The notes beneath the pieces were generated by a model. It did not search any database. It had not been told where the DNA came from and was given only the letters and a program-made list of their open reading frames with translations. A stretch of DNA of 54,471 nucleotides, the filler included, from Dirinaria sp. TL-2023a (taxonomy: Eukaryota): NCBI GenBank assembly GCA_051941275.1. It is 2 parts of 2 records of this genome, joined end to end, with 100 filler letters (N's around TTAATTAATTAA, not from the genome) between each part and the next. Parts side by side here need not be neighbours in the genome. Positions count along the whole stretch, not along the records: positions 27,293 to 54,471 come from JAVEBF010000148.1; 1 more part is not named here. One strand, written 5' to 3'. A program made the position numbers and the translations under genes. This document shows positions 37,287-49,830 of the stretch, piece after piece (the stretch's first letter is position 1; the number at the start of each line of letters is the position of its first letter).

Positions 37287-38029
37287 TGATCTAACTTGGG
37301 CCTACGAAATATGTATATATTCCATCAGCGTTAAAGTATTAGGTATGATAGTTTAGCAACCAAGTGTTCTAGAATGCAGCCCTCCCCAAGCGATTCATAG
37401 CCTTTCATGGTTCACTTCTATGCGACTTTTCTAGCGGGCATGTACCTTTATTGCTGTGATGCAGACTCATGTATGGAGGTGGTCGAGTGTACTTCAACAG
37501 CGGCGAAATCACAGCAGCGCAAAGCTCAACAGAACATCAGTCTAGATGCGGTCTACGTCCTTACGTTTCCTGAAATTATTTGATGTGCCGGTGATTAGCG
37601 AAAATCCCGCGTTCCTTTCTCATGAACATTAGTTTCCATGATCATGTGTGATCAGACCTGGAGCTGGAGCTTGGAGGCAGGAATCCAGCTAGGAGAGGAA
37701 GCTTGTTTCGAGTTTTTCCAGACGGTCTGGAATAATTGGAGCCGGACGTTGGGGATTGTTTAGCGTCATTGTTCCGAGCTTTGAGCAAAGTGAAGATGAG
37801 TTGCATTTCCATATCAATGGGGTAAGAGGGCAGCGCCAGTTTATCAGATGAGGCATCGTGTCTTTAGGTCAGAGAATTGGTTGTGCGGAGGCCCAAGCCT
37901 CTTGGTGCTGAATGCTGACTCAAGTTACCGCGTTGTATGGCGAGTATGCTCAGCGAGTTGTTGATAGTAAACTGAGCCCAAGCAAGCATAGGGCAAGCCA
38001 AACTTCATCGAGATTGAACTAATCGTATT

Positions 38030-38260
38030 TCCAAGCCGCATGCATTTATGTTTCGGGCGGGCTTTGGTGAACCAGTCAACAAGCTGCCCATCAGTGGGGG
38101 CGTATTCCAATCGGACCTGCCCTTTCACGACTCTTTCGCAGAGGAAGTTGTTATGTTGTTGTACATCAATTTGCCTAGTCTGGCAAAGCTGCGTGAAGTT
38201 CTTAGCCATAAGGGTTGGTGCACTGCGCCTGATAATCGTGGATGATGATCTGGATTTTGT
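38030..38260 (-). mobile_element. Degenerate Ty1/copia retrotransposon RNase H fragment
   Basis: IIIHDYQAQ / MAKN...TRQIDVQQHNNFLCERVVKGQVRLEYAPTDGQLVDWFTKARP matches the copia consensus DNQxAIxLAKN...TKHIDIxHHFxRE...LxYxPTxxQxADxLTKxL, with a frameshift. No LTRs or RT seen. Confidence 0.8.
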
Positions 38261-39080
38261 GCTTGTAGGTACCGTTAGCGTTGAAAGGTTCGTGCTCAGA
38301 GGGCCAACGATCAATACATGAGCGAGCAGAGTCAGGCAGGCCAGAGAAGTATCTAAAGATCAGCCAACTTTCAATCATATTGGGACCTCCAGGATACGTT
38401 TCGAATTCGTCAATGATATATTAACATTCACAACAATTGTGGGTAACGCTCGCGCAGTTGAAAGCCCTGATGGTCTCGAACTTGGGGAAGGTACTATTTA
38501 GTACAGACCGACAGGGCTTACGAGCCTAAAGTAAAGTAAGGTCGTAATAATGTGGTTTCGATCTCCACACACTACATACTTGTACAGAATGTTTTCTCAG
38601 GCCTTCATTCACCATCACCGTATTCACTGGGGAGGTGGTCAATGCTCGTTTCGCGACGGGCTGTAGTAACCTTTCCAGCCTCCTGCTCGGCGGAAGCGAG
38701 TCAGCAAGCCACGAAGATGTGCACTCGATCGGTTTTCAGCCATTTCAAGCCTCGTATCAGGTCTCTCAACAGATACGATGCTACCAGAGCCTATGCCCAG
38801 AGAATGCATCCTCATAGTTGACAAAGCGAACACCTGTTGGAGCTTGTCTCTTTGCCCAATCCCCGTCACATGCTGTACATACTACGATATCGGCATATTG
38901 ATGATGCAGATGATGGCCTGTGTTGTCCATGATATCGGTAGCATTATCGGTAACTTACCGGGTCACGTGGAGTCTTTATTGATTCTTCAGATTCCTTACA
39001 CGTGAAAGCCCAGGAAATACCGAGTGATTACCAGGATCACCAGCTTCCCCCTACCAAGTGGTCCCGTACAGCTTAATGGC

Positions 39081-40800
39081 TTAGAAGTAGTTGAAGTACG
39101 TCGCAGTTCGCGTCTTGGAGGCAGCAGCGGCATGGATTGCGTCTAGCTCTTCTCGATATAAGTCAATGGTCATCTTCCGTCGCACCGTTCCTTTTCCGGC
39201 CCGTAACATTGGCCTGTCAGGAGTTGTGAAGATAATTAGATCCTTGGCGACTCGACTGTGCTCCAAACTGGCCTGATTCGCCCGCTGGACAGTAGGCCAT
39301 ATTTCGCTGAGCAAAGTTTCCCTGTCTACGTTCGGTTTGGGTTCAATTAACAGTGCGGCCTGACCTTTGCCGTGTCCGTGCACGAGTGCGGAAACAACAT
39401 CAGGATGAGATGATACCAGGCTTTCCATGTTCAACGGATTGAATTTTGCGCCGGTTGAATAGACAATCACATCATCCACTCGCCCTTCCCAAAGCCACAG
39501 CCCTTCTTTGTTAGGATGCCTCGAATAGAGATCTTTTGTTGAATACTCTTCGATATCTGGAAATGTTGTGAATATTGCTTGAAAGAGATCTAGCTTGCTA
39601 TCTCGAACGATGACATGCTCGAAAAGCCCTTGACCGTAGTGACGGAACTCATGGCCTAGAAAGGGGCTATAGCTGATATACTGCCAGTCTTCAGAGTCAG
39701 TAACTTCTGTCGGTAACATGCCGGTTTCGGTTGCGCCAAACATGGTGGTAACTCTCGTCTTTTCTGATATTTTATCTCCCACGTTCTTCGGTACCGGTCC
39801 GCCGCCATACGTAATCCATTTGAGCCGTCGCAGATTGTCGAGGTACACAGGCTTTTGCGAAAGCTCAATCAACATTGACGATGGAAAAGCACTTTCTTGA
39901 ACATTTCCATATGTGTGAACCAAGTCTGCTATTTGTGCAGTCATCGGCACAGGTGGCGGAAGCACGACGGTCCACTCGCAGTAGATGTTAAGAGCCAGAA
40001 CATAAGAAATCGCGGCAGAATGAAACAAAGGAAAAGGTATGAATATTCTTGTACCTCGCCAATAGGATCCATGAGTGGGCTGACCTCCTAGCGAAGGTAT
40101 CAGTTGGAATGCGTCCAGTGCAGCCATAGTCCCATTGGTCATGATTATGGGCTTTGGTCTCGAAGTCGATCCCGAAGTGTGTAGAGCAACAAAGGCGTCA
40201 TAGCGGGCCTCCTCAAATGTTTTGTTGTAAGGATAAAGAGGAGTGTCCAGCCTCGTGCCCTCATCTTGCAGCCATTCATCAAGCTCTGGCATCGTAAGAG
40301 TGTCCATAGAGCATTTCTCCAGTATGGATGATATAATCGGAGGTCTCGTCTGTGGGGTGATGAATAGCCTGCAATGCATGGTATTCATAAGCATTACATG
40401 ATCATCTTCTCGATTAGTTGGAGAACTGAAGAATGCCTACAAATAATTAGTATGATGTTCAGGAAGTTTCAACCACTATAACAGCGATAGTGCTAACTTT
40501 ACGACCTGTTTTGATAGCTGCAATAATCAGGATCGGGTAGCGGAGGTCCGAAGGTCCCATGTAGGTGATTGTCTCAGAGTCCTGACTTTTGCCCAGTTTC
40601 TCGTCTAGCCACCACGCACAGCGATTGATAGCTCTAGCAAATACTTCATAGCTAATGTCATTGAAACCGTCCTGCAGATGCAATGATCGGGGCGTCGATA
40701 TAAACGGTCGCTGAGGGTCTGTGCCAGCGATATCGTCGATCAATGTGGGAAGCAGCCTTTGGCCGCAATCCGATGGCATCTGCGGCAATTCCAGTTCCAT
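39081..40800 (-). CDS. NRPS-like adenylation-domain-only enzyme (ANL superfamily); exons 40800-40498 and 40436-39081
   Basis: GQRLLPTLID, YMGPSDLRY, LHTSGSTSRPKPI (A3), YGGGP / FGATETG (A5), STKDLY (A7), GRVDD (A8), RAGKGTV (A10). Stops shortly after A10 with no T or R domain. Confidence 0.9.
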
Positions 40801-41661
40801 TTGATCACAGATGGCTTGGAAATGTTTTCTAAATGAGAGGTAGAAACGTACGCGGGCATGAAAATACCGAAAGTGAAGGTGAGATGAATGAGCAGGAGAT
40901 GGGGTTTTATGTATATGTATCAGCGCAAGAACTGCTAACGAGTTCAACTTGAGTCCTGATTCCACAGCTCAGGGTACAACGCTGCAGGTAAAAGACTGCC
41001 ATGAAAGTGGTGCGGATCCCTTGAATGATCCGGTACGGAGTTAGTAAGATATTCCCCGATAGTCGGAAATTAGCAGGCAAAAGCACTAATGTTGTGTAGT
41101 TGCAGAGCCCCCACTACCTTAGATGATCTTCGCTATATATGTCAAAGTGACGTCTGGCTTGCATGTACATAGTACATCTCTATACACCTTGGTAGGTAGC
41201 ATCCTAGAAATCGCAACCGGCGGGAGGGGCCGGCTCATGCATGCAATTGCGAAGGATTCGTGTGCTAAGAAGGCAACCATTATGGACGACCAAACCTTTC
41301 ATGCGCAGCGCCCGCTTTGATTGGACTGACTGCTTCGATAAGAGTCGGATTCGCCACTGTTTGAGACGCTCGTCAATCCTATCGAAAGACATTAGCCACT
41401 GATCTGCAGATTCCCTACACCACGAGAAACGGTCGATCACTGGGCAAAAGCCGATGCTTACACATCCATGGTCCTCACCCGAATTTGTATATGCACAGCG
41501 CGCGTCATACTCAACCTACGCCGCCTCCCTGCTGCATTATGTTACCACTGCGAGACTAATTTCATAGGTAGCACACCTAGTGCCCATCTGGTCCCCTGCT
41601 TCTGAACCCGTCGACGAGTGTATGTATTCACGTCTATCATGTCAATTGCCCCAAAATCATC

Positions 41662-43025
41662 ATGGCCGAATTTGACAGAGCAAATCGAGCCCCTGCAGTT
41701 GTCGCAGTTTGCAGCTTAATGATCATTGTGTCGTGTGCAGCTATAGTACTACGTTTTGCGTCAAGGAAACTATCCAGAGCTGGGTTTTGGTGGGATGATT
41801 GGGTTATCCTCGTCGCCCTGGTATGTGTGTCAATATTCCGAGAAAACCAACTGCTTTGAACGCTTACTCGCTCTAGCCCTTTAGTATTGGAATTAATATC
41901 AACGAGTTAATAAGTCAGGGGTTTCTTCGTGGATCCTGTTCCCGGATTTGCTTATACTGACGTTGAACTTCAGGTGTTCATCGAGGCCTCGGAAAACATG
42001 ACCACGAACGTTCCACAGAGACAAAAGACTTCTTCCTCCAGTTGTTTTTTGACGAGCTATTGTATACCACGAGCATAACTTTATGCAAATGTTCCGTTCT
42101 ACTCTTTTATGGTCGGATTTTCTCGAGAAACAAACCGTTCCGGGTCGCTCTTTGGTTCACGGCTGGTACGGTCCTGAGCTGGTTTGTATCGATCAACCTT
42201 CTCATCATTTTTCAATGCAATCCTGTTCATAAAGCTTGGGACGCACTGCAGCCAGGCCACTGCATTAACCTACATGGATTCTTCATTGGCCAAGCTATTC
42301 CGAACGTTACTACAGATGTAGTCTTGCTCATACTACCATTGCCAATGCTGTGGAAGCTACATGTCCAGCGACCGAATAAGATCGCTCTAGCAGCGATATT
42401 TCTTCTTGGCTATTTGTGAGTTGTTACACGAGCTTTAGAATCAAATCAGAGGCTGACGAATGCCACACGTAGCGTGCCCGTTGTGACTATTATTCGCTTA
42501 GTTTCCATCATCGATCTAGGGGAGAAGACACACGAGGACGTAACTTGTAAGCGATTGGTGACCATTTCGTACATTTCCTGTATCCTTTCCCAGTGCGCTT
42601 GATGGGTTTGAATGGGCGCGTGATATCAGCTGGCTAAAAGCACGATAACCTTAGGGAACTATGTCAATCCTTTCATTTGGACGACTGTCGAGATTTCCAT
42701 CGCGGTTGTCTGCGCCTGCAATCCCAGTATCTCCTACCTCTTTAGACAGGCCGTGGAATTACTTAGCTCCTACAGGCACAAAGTCTACTCTCCGGGCCGA
42801 GATAGATCCCTTCATACAATACCTACGTCCAAGCACGGAAGCAGAAATTTCGGTTTTGCAAAACTCGATCAAGGCATTGGAAATACCAAATTCAATGAAG
42901 AAGATTATGGCACTTCTCCACCTGCGTGTCGCGGCAGCGCAGGCGCAGCGCATGCCAGAAGGTATGGCAACAGCGATGAAGAGCTTGGATTACCCGCGGT
43001 CTCGTTACAACGAATCGTGGTGTGA
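41662..43025 (+). CDS. PTH11-like integral membrane protein (fungal rhodopsin domain, no CFEM); 5 exons
   Basis: LRFASR...WWDDW, GLGKH, KCSVLLFYGRIF, FQCNPVHKAWD, DVVLLILPLPMLWKL, WTTVEISIAVVCAC. Exons ~41662-41820, 41877-41913, 41974-42415, 42473-42546, 42655-43025. Confidence 0.9.
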
Positions 43026-43256
43026 TACGATTGTTGAAAATCGACCTGATTTGATGACACTGGAGATGGAATTGCTGGGATGCCTGTGGCCCTCGATACA
43101 CACAACCCTGCCAGGACGCCAGGAAAAGTCTCTGCGAGGATATTGAATCAAGGAAAAATGAGAACTTTCCAGCTGCACATTCAAATAGTCATCTGTCTTA
43201 AAACAGGTCGTCTCATTTCATCGCCGTAGCACCATACAGATGCGCACTGTATGGTT

Positions 43257-45112
43257 TTAATCTTTTTTCGAATAAAGCGCTCCAATTTCGGCTGCGTTCA
43301 ATGTTAAGCTCTGCACTTTGGCCACGCTGCCCTTCATCGTTCGCGCGAATGGCTTCTCTTTCTTCACGATTATGACTGCATCAACCGAAAGCTGGACAGC
43401 AGGATTGCATTGAGAATTGACTCCGTCGAGGACAGGCTGCAAAGTTTGTAGCAGCGCTGAGCGCTCCTTCTCGCCCGTATCCTGAGCGCTTGGTATGAGT
43501 TCTAGTAAAAGCACAGGCGCAGGCCGCCCATAACTGCCGATCAGCGCGGTTTTAACAAGCTCATGCCGCTCGATAATCGATTCCAGAGTCGAGGCATGGA
43601 GTCCCTCCCCATGCGCAAGATATACGTAGTCATCTGTACGACCCACAATCTTCCATAGACCCTCGTGTTCGCGATGCTCGACCCAGAGATCATTTGTCTC
43701 ATGGCGGTCCTTGTTCGGGTATACAAGAAATATTTGTTGCATTGGCGCAGTTTCCTTGCGTACGAAGACGAGCTCGTGCAAATTGTCCAAGCGCGGTTCA
43801 AACTCTGCTCCAGCGTGCGGTTCAAATTCGACATAGTCCCAATTGTTTGTAGTAGGTGTGGTCTTTATAAAGTATCCCCCTGCTTCCGTACTGCCAATGG
43901 ATGGGACAATCCGCACATACAGCGATAACTTGGTGCCCGTGTCGACGTTTAGGGGTGCTCCTACATAATGAATGTACTTGAGTTTGCGTAATGCGGCGAG
44001 GGCCCCGGCGTCTAGACACATTGAGTCGATAAGAGCTGGAACTAACAATGCACCATCGACGTTGCCATTGTCCAGGACTGACTTGACAACAACAGATGTC
44101 AGTGGCTCAGCTACAGGATCTAAGACCACAGTAGTACGTAGAAAGACGCTCATCGACAGCACCATGAGTATTCCCACGAACTGTACGCCAAATATCAGTA
44201 TTGATGATATAATGAAAGTCGGCACGAATCTACAATCATGGAGCATTGGCAAAGGCACATACCACCGTCTCAGCGCGTAGTGATGGATGTGAGTCTCTGC
44301 GATATCTTGTAGTCCTGCAGCAATGTCTGGAATCGCCATCATCCTATGAGTGTATGTAATTGGCTTTGGATGGCCTATATTGCAGCCAAGTAAACTCTTA
44401 GTCTTTGCCTACTGAGTCAACTTACCCACCAGTAGTTCCAGACGTATGAAAAACCAGCCATGGATCGTCTTTTCCTTCCTCCCACGATTTTGTATACGTA
44501 ACAGGTTCCGCTATCATAGGCTGTAGGAGCTCGTCGAGTTGAATGGCATCTATGATATGAATGCTGTTATGTTGGCGTACAAGATCGTCCACGGTCGCTG
44601 CCATTTCTTCGGTCCTAACGTAGAGTATACAATCTTTCTTGAGCAGAATCTGTAGTTAAGCTTCTGGAGTGAGCAGCGGAGACGGTAAGATCATCTGTAT
44701 CATAGTCAGTAGAAGGATAAATATGTTCCTTCGAAAACCGCAGCAGTCAACACTGAACACACGAAATCATACGTGATGATCAAAGAGATACGACACCACA
44801 GACAACTTTTCCCAGCTTGCCTGCCGCGACGGCCAATATAGGATACCGAAGATCCTTGGGTCCTGCATTTGCAAAAGATGAGAAGGGACCTGTCGAAGGA
44901 GGAAGTTGGCCATTCAACCAGTGCGCGGCGTAATTTACAGCATTTTCAAATTGGCCATAGGTAATGTCTCGATACCCTTTGGCCAAATCCTGATCATCGA
45001 TAGGAACCGAAATGCAGGAGTTGAGAGGATCCGACTCAACCCTCTCTTGCAGAGCGGAGAGCACAGTGCGCTGGCCATGACGGTCATGAGGTACCGGAAG
45101 CATTTCGGTCAT
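43257..45112 (-). pseudogene. Second NRPS-like adenylation-only gene, with an in-frame TAA in exon 2 (probable recent pseudogene)
   Basis: Exons 45112-44804, 44694-~44427, ~44376-43257. Motifs AGPKDLRY, FHTSGTTG-HPKPI, YVGAP, IGSTEAG, ETNDLW, GRTDD, RTMKGSV. Exon 2 reads MILPSPLLTPEA*LQILLKKDC with TAA at 44658-44656. Confidence 0.75.
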
Positions 45113-46250
45113 GGTTTCGAATACGAATGTCACCGTTCTTTCGCCTCTTCGATTGACGAGTAGCAGAGGGATAGAAAGAGCTGACAAGGGGAACGAGTAC
45201 TGTTAAAACTTGAAAATCACAGGTGCATGAAATTGGCGGTGAAGGCTATGGTGAAGATCGCGGAGTCTGCGTGACGCCGACCTCGCCGTGCAAGTAAGGT
45301 ACTCTCAACGAGGAAGTTCGACTAAAAGTCATGCCAAAGTCCAAAATCTGCCCGGACCTCGCCCTCCATCGGGTCTGGATTCCGAGGTGATCCTGGGGTT
45401 CTGCGTCGCCTTCTCGGAGGTTGGCTGCTGCCTGGTTCTTTCGGGCGTAGTGGATCCGCAGTAAGCTGATTGGAGTGCTCAGCTAGAATAGAGCCTTCGC
45501 GTGTCTACAAGGTAGAGTACGGCGACAACCGAAATAACTTCTAATATGGATTCCAAACACTCTTTTCCTTCCTGTTTTCGTGAAGATTTAGGACTGGTGC
45601 AGAGCCAAGACACATGCAGGAATGTGTCTTCAGATATCTCTAGGGGGCAAGAAGGAAATTCACTTACCTGCAGCAAGAGAAGCAGGCAGGCGAGGTAGGT
45701 ATGTACATGACTTTACTTCATGCGCATGGGCGAGCTGCATCCTTTAATCCTCATCCAATCGGAGTTATCTACCGTCGACCAACCGCAGAACCTGACTAGA
45801 AATTTCGGGCTTCCACCACACCTGTATCAAAAGCTCCATAGGCGCTGCTGAACCACTGCAATTATCCTACCGATGATCCCAACAGTCAACGATACCTATT
45901 TTCTTTACTCTCTTTCCTTCCTTTGCCTTCCCTTTCCGAGCCCACAGCTCACGTAGCTACCGGTCTCTCTAAATTATCGTCTCAAGCCTTTTCGTTCGAA
46001 CCTGCGTCCAGTATGATCAAGCAGAGACGATCTTTCCAGGTTTGATAACGTCAATCCTAGTCAGAACACTCTCATAAGTTGCTGACTGTCATTTCGAAGG
46101 CAGTCGAGCTTAAGCTATGTCAGTAGATGCTTGCAGATGATGCAGGCAGTATTTGGAAGCAGTGTATAGCGGTCAACTTGCACCATGTATTAATTGGGTG
46201 GGAGGAGTGTCTATCGTGGCCAAAACATATAAGGTCGCGTGACATGGAAG

Positions 46251-47457
46251 TCAGCATCTGCTTTGTAATATGGAGGCGCTCCCTGGAGATCTTGGAAAAC
46301 TCTTGGATCGTGCTTTGTGCAGTGCTCTACCCCCAATCTCGTTTACAGGGCTACCTCCAACCTCGGTTACAGGTAAGCCTCTGATTTCTGTCGCAGACAG
46401 ACTGGTGGGTAATTCGGAGAGTTGTGCGTCCATTTCTTGTCGCAGCTGGTCTCCTGGAGCTTGGGTGTGAAGTTCAGCCTTGTAAGACGTCCTATGTCCA
46501 GCTTTTCGTCGACGAAAGAAGAGGCAAAGTCCAATCCCGAGCAGAATGAATGCAATTAAGGGCACTAAGACACTGATAGCAACCTTGGAACCTGCTGATA
46601 GACCACTGGAATGTGGATTTGATATTCTTGTGGCAGAAGGAAGAGATAAATCCTTTGTAGCGGAAGGCGGAGCTGAATTTGGGCTGGGTATCATGATGGT
46701 GGAGGTATCAGTCGGTGTAGCTGTCACGGTTGTTGCCACCGCGCCCGTCACGGCTTTTGGCGCACTGGTACTTATGCTGTTCCTCTCCGACGAGAGGCTC
46801 AGTATTTCGCGATCTGTAGCCTGCCATTGCACTTGAATGACATCGGCGACCACAGTAGCCGCATTATGTCGGGCGTTGGTGCTGGTTAGAGACGCATCAC
46901 TTGGAATCTTAGCGTTGCCTGCGGTCGACGTCCAGTAAACATTATTCCGCACGCCTCTAAAGACGCTAGCACATTCGTAGGCGTGATACAATCCTGAAAG
47001 AAAATAGCCCCTGCAAAGAAGTCAATATGGGTTGGATCTCAGATCAAGTCGTAAATTACTTTGGACAGCACCTTTATGAAGTCAGCAGTCTACTCTCGCC
47101 GCAGACAAAGCTCCAATGCGAGGCCAGAGAATGGAGTGCCTAGGTGGCGCTCTAGGAAGATCCAAAGTTCCTTACTTACATCGCATCATAGCCCGTAAAT
47201 TTTTGGACCGAACCCGCACTCGTCCACCGATGCGGACAAATTCCTGGAGAATACCAGCTGTTGAGAATAGAACGAAATTTGGGCGGATAGCAATCTCCGC
47301 CGGTTTGATTAGTCCCATACTGCCAAAAGTGACTGCCATCCCATGTGATGATAGAATGGCAAGACGCGGGAGGCGAGTAGATCGTCGTTAACGGTATGTG
47401 AGGCCTATGACCACTTGTCACGGTCACGTATACCGTAGAAAAGTGATCCGCCGCCAT
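46251..47457 (-). CDS. Mid2-like type I membrane / cell-surface protein (Cys-rich N-domain, Ser/Thr stalk, one TM helix)
   Basis: PLTTIYSPPASC...CYPP...YSPGICP..W, micro-exon CCP (~47071-47060), VIQVQWQATD, S/T-rich stalk, GLSAGSKVAISVLVPL...FFRRRK, tail with repeated xEL/xEI motifs. Confidence 0.8.
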
Positions 47458-48843
47458 TAGGGCTCAACAGCTGACGACCGACAATCGAGCATCAGAGCTA
47501 TAAGCGCAGGTGATGCAAGAATGAACGGATGAGTGAAATTAAAATGTCCGTATTTGCATCTTCTTGAGGGCTGAAAAGCAACCTTGCACATGGCTGGATC
47601 ATCAGTAGCACAATGGGGAGCGCCGCAGAACGAGATTACGCGTTTCATCATGGCCTATGCAGTCATGCTTTGACTGCGCAGCTGTCTACACATCGTTTCC
47701 GGCGATGAATGGAAGTAAAGCTGCCTCATCGAGCAAAGACGGCATCAGATACGGCATAGTCATATCAATCAAGATCCGGAACCATTTAGTCCAATAGCCA
47801 CTTTGACCCAGAGTTTTTTACAGATCGAGGGGCATATTTCACTCCGGATAAGTTGGCTTGTACCATCGCACAGTGATGACAAGGCTGGCCAATCTAATTC
47901 TTAGAGCTAGAGCATCCAAGACTCTTCAAGGGAGGTATGCTCTCGGAAAGTTGCGCAGATGAGTTTCCAGCACGGCGATGTGCGAGACTAAAGGGATACC
48001 TTAGTGCATGAGACACGCCCAATCCCCACATTATGCAAGGCTGAAACGGCTACATGTCGCTCGATGAGGCCCAGTCTCAAAGGTGATTTAGCTGATCTAA
48101 AACAATCGCGCAGTAAAAAGGGGTTCGAACATCTGAGAGTGTCTTCGAGAAGATTGCTACAATGAATCTTGAAAACCCTCAACCGACATTTCGTCGACTC
48201 ATACTGAGGACACCAGAGTGCCTTGCTTGGCTAGGGGGAAGTGTCTGGATGCCTCCTCAGGCTAACAGCAGTCACGCAGGGACGGCATCGCCACCTGCAA
48301 TGCCACCTCGTGGAAATGTGGGGCAGAACGATGTGTGACGATTGTCTGAAAGGGCAGATAGTAGTAGGCGAAGCAATGAATGGGTCCGGGGTGTTAGTAG
48401 AATTGAACCATGAGAAACTCAGACAGGGATCCTCCTTACGGAGGTACAGTTCATGAAAAATCGAAGACACTACGAAGACGATGACTGGGCGGACAGCCGA
48501 GCACCCCTGTAACGAATCTTGGCGGTGACGTAGCAAGTACCGTATCTTAGGTAAGGTAAGGTAACTCGGTAAGTATAATTCTCTTATGTAAGCTAGGTAC
48601 TGACAGGTAACAACTTATGAAGATCCTCCTTCTGATATTGTACGATTTTATGCAAGGTACACATTTTGTGCTTCTCTACATGAAAGATCTTCTTTCATTG
48701 ATACGACATCACTTCCACATCAAGATGAGGGTCACTGTCCCTTTTCAGCTTAGAATGCATCCATAATGCTCTCCGTCTACGTTACTCAGGGTTCGCAGGA
48801 CGACGGGCTAAGAACGACAACTTAACCACTACACCATTGTACC

Positions 48844-48924
48844 AGCGCCCTTGGGAATCGAACCCAATATGAGATAAATTACATCTCACTGACTACAGGC
48901 TATCCAGACCCGAAGACCAGCACT
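48844..48924 (-). other. tRNA-like remnant (perfect T-arm with B box, partial acceptor pairing)
   Basis: Minus strand: AGTGCT...GGTCTTCGGGTC...TGAGAT(7 nt)ATCTCA TA TTGGG-TTCGATT-CCCAA GGGCGCT. No canonical D arm or anticodon arm. Confidence 0.35.
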
Positions 48925-49054
48925 TTATTATTCTGAGCGTTTGCTACCGGTCAACCCAAAATTTAAAACTAGCCACTACCCGTAGGTCCCCTACTAGATA
49001 GACCAGATGCCATCTAGTAGGCGCCACCTCAACCGCCAGAGATCCCAATTCTAG

Positions 49055-49830
49055 GCCCATTGTGCGCGTCACCCCGGACGAGCTGAATGCCAATGGCCCT
49101 TTCCTTGTCCCATAGGCACTCTCCTGGGCGACCGGGGTCGCTAGTGGTCATGGTTTACATCGAACTAGTCGAGAGGCCATGGCTAACATGTGTTCCAAGG
49201 ACCCGATCAGGCGGCTGAAACAGATCATGAAGAGATCATTAAACACCTTCATCGCCAGACTCGAAGAAGCTCGAATGAAAGGCGTGAAGATTCGAGTGTT
49301 GCACATGTTCAGGGCCTTTACCAACGACGTAATCTCGGAATATGCGTACGGCTTCAGTCCAGATTGAATGACTGAACCTCGTTTCAACCATGCCTTCCTT
49401 CAGATGATAATAGATGATCGCAAAGCTATGTTCCTATTTAGATCTGAATTTTTAACAGCTAGACGGTTTCCATGCAGTCTCGGCTTATGCATTCCAATTG
49501 AAATGGTTCCTGCCGTTGTTATTCATGCTTCCTAAATCAAACGTGCGGCAACTTATGCAGGATTCGAGAGCTTTATCAGCTTTAGAAAGGTGACATTCCA
49601 TCTGGGTCTTGTGTTCATTTGCATTTGACGGGTCTGCGGGAACTTTCAAGTAATATAGAACGAAAGAGTAATGGACGATCATCACGAGTCCAAGGATCGA
49701 TCAACCATATTCGACGAGATCCTCGGAAGCAGACTGCTTGAAGAGGATAAGAGCCCCTGCGATGACTGCAAGCCCCACAGAAGATTCCAGCCGGAGGCAC
49801 AATGACGACGGCTTTGATCTTCAGCGTAGG
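49055..49830 (+). pseudogene. Cytochrome P450 pseudogene (trichodiene-oxygenase-like clan), N-terminal half only
   Basis: GPIVRVTPDEL, HGLHRTSR...SKDPIRRL, FRAFTNDVISEYAYG, PTIFDEILGSRLLEEDKSP, degraded I-helix AGGTMTTA. Several stops and frameshifts; no ExxR or heme-Cys motif found downstream. Confidence 0.85.

Noticed and set aside
42661..43146. 161-aa ORF as a separate gene
   Set aside because: It is an alternative frame over the last exon of the PTH11-like gene, whose spliced frame ends at 43025.
48990..49021. 10-bp inverted repeat CCTACTAGAT...ATCTAGTAGG
   Set aside because: A single short hairpin with no target-site duplication or second copy; not enough to call a MITE.
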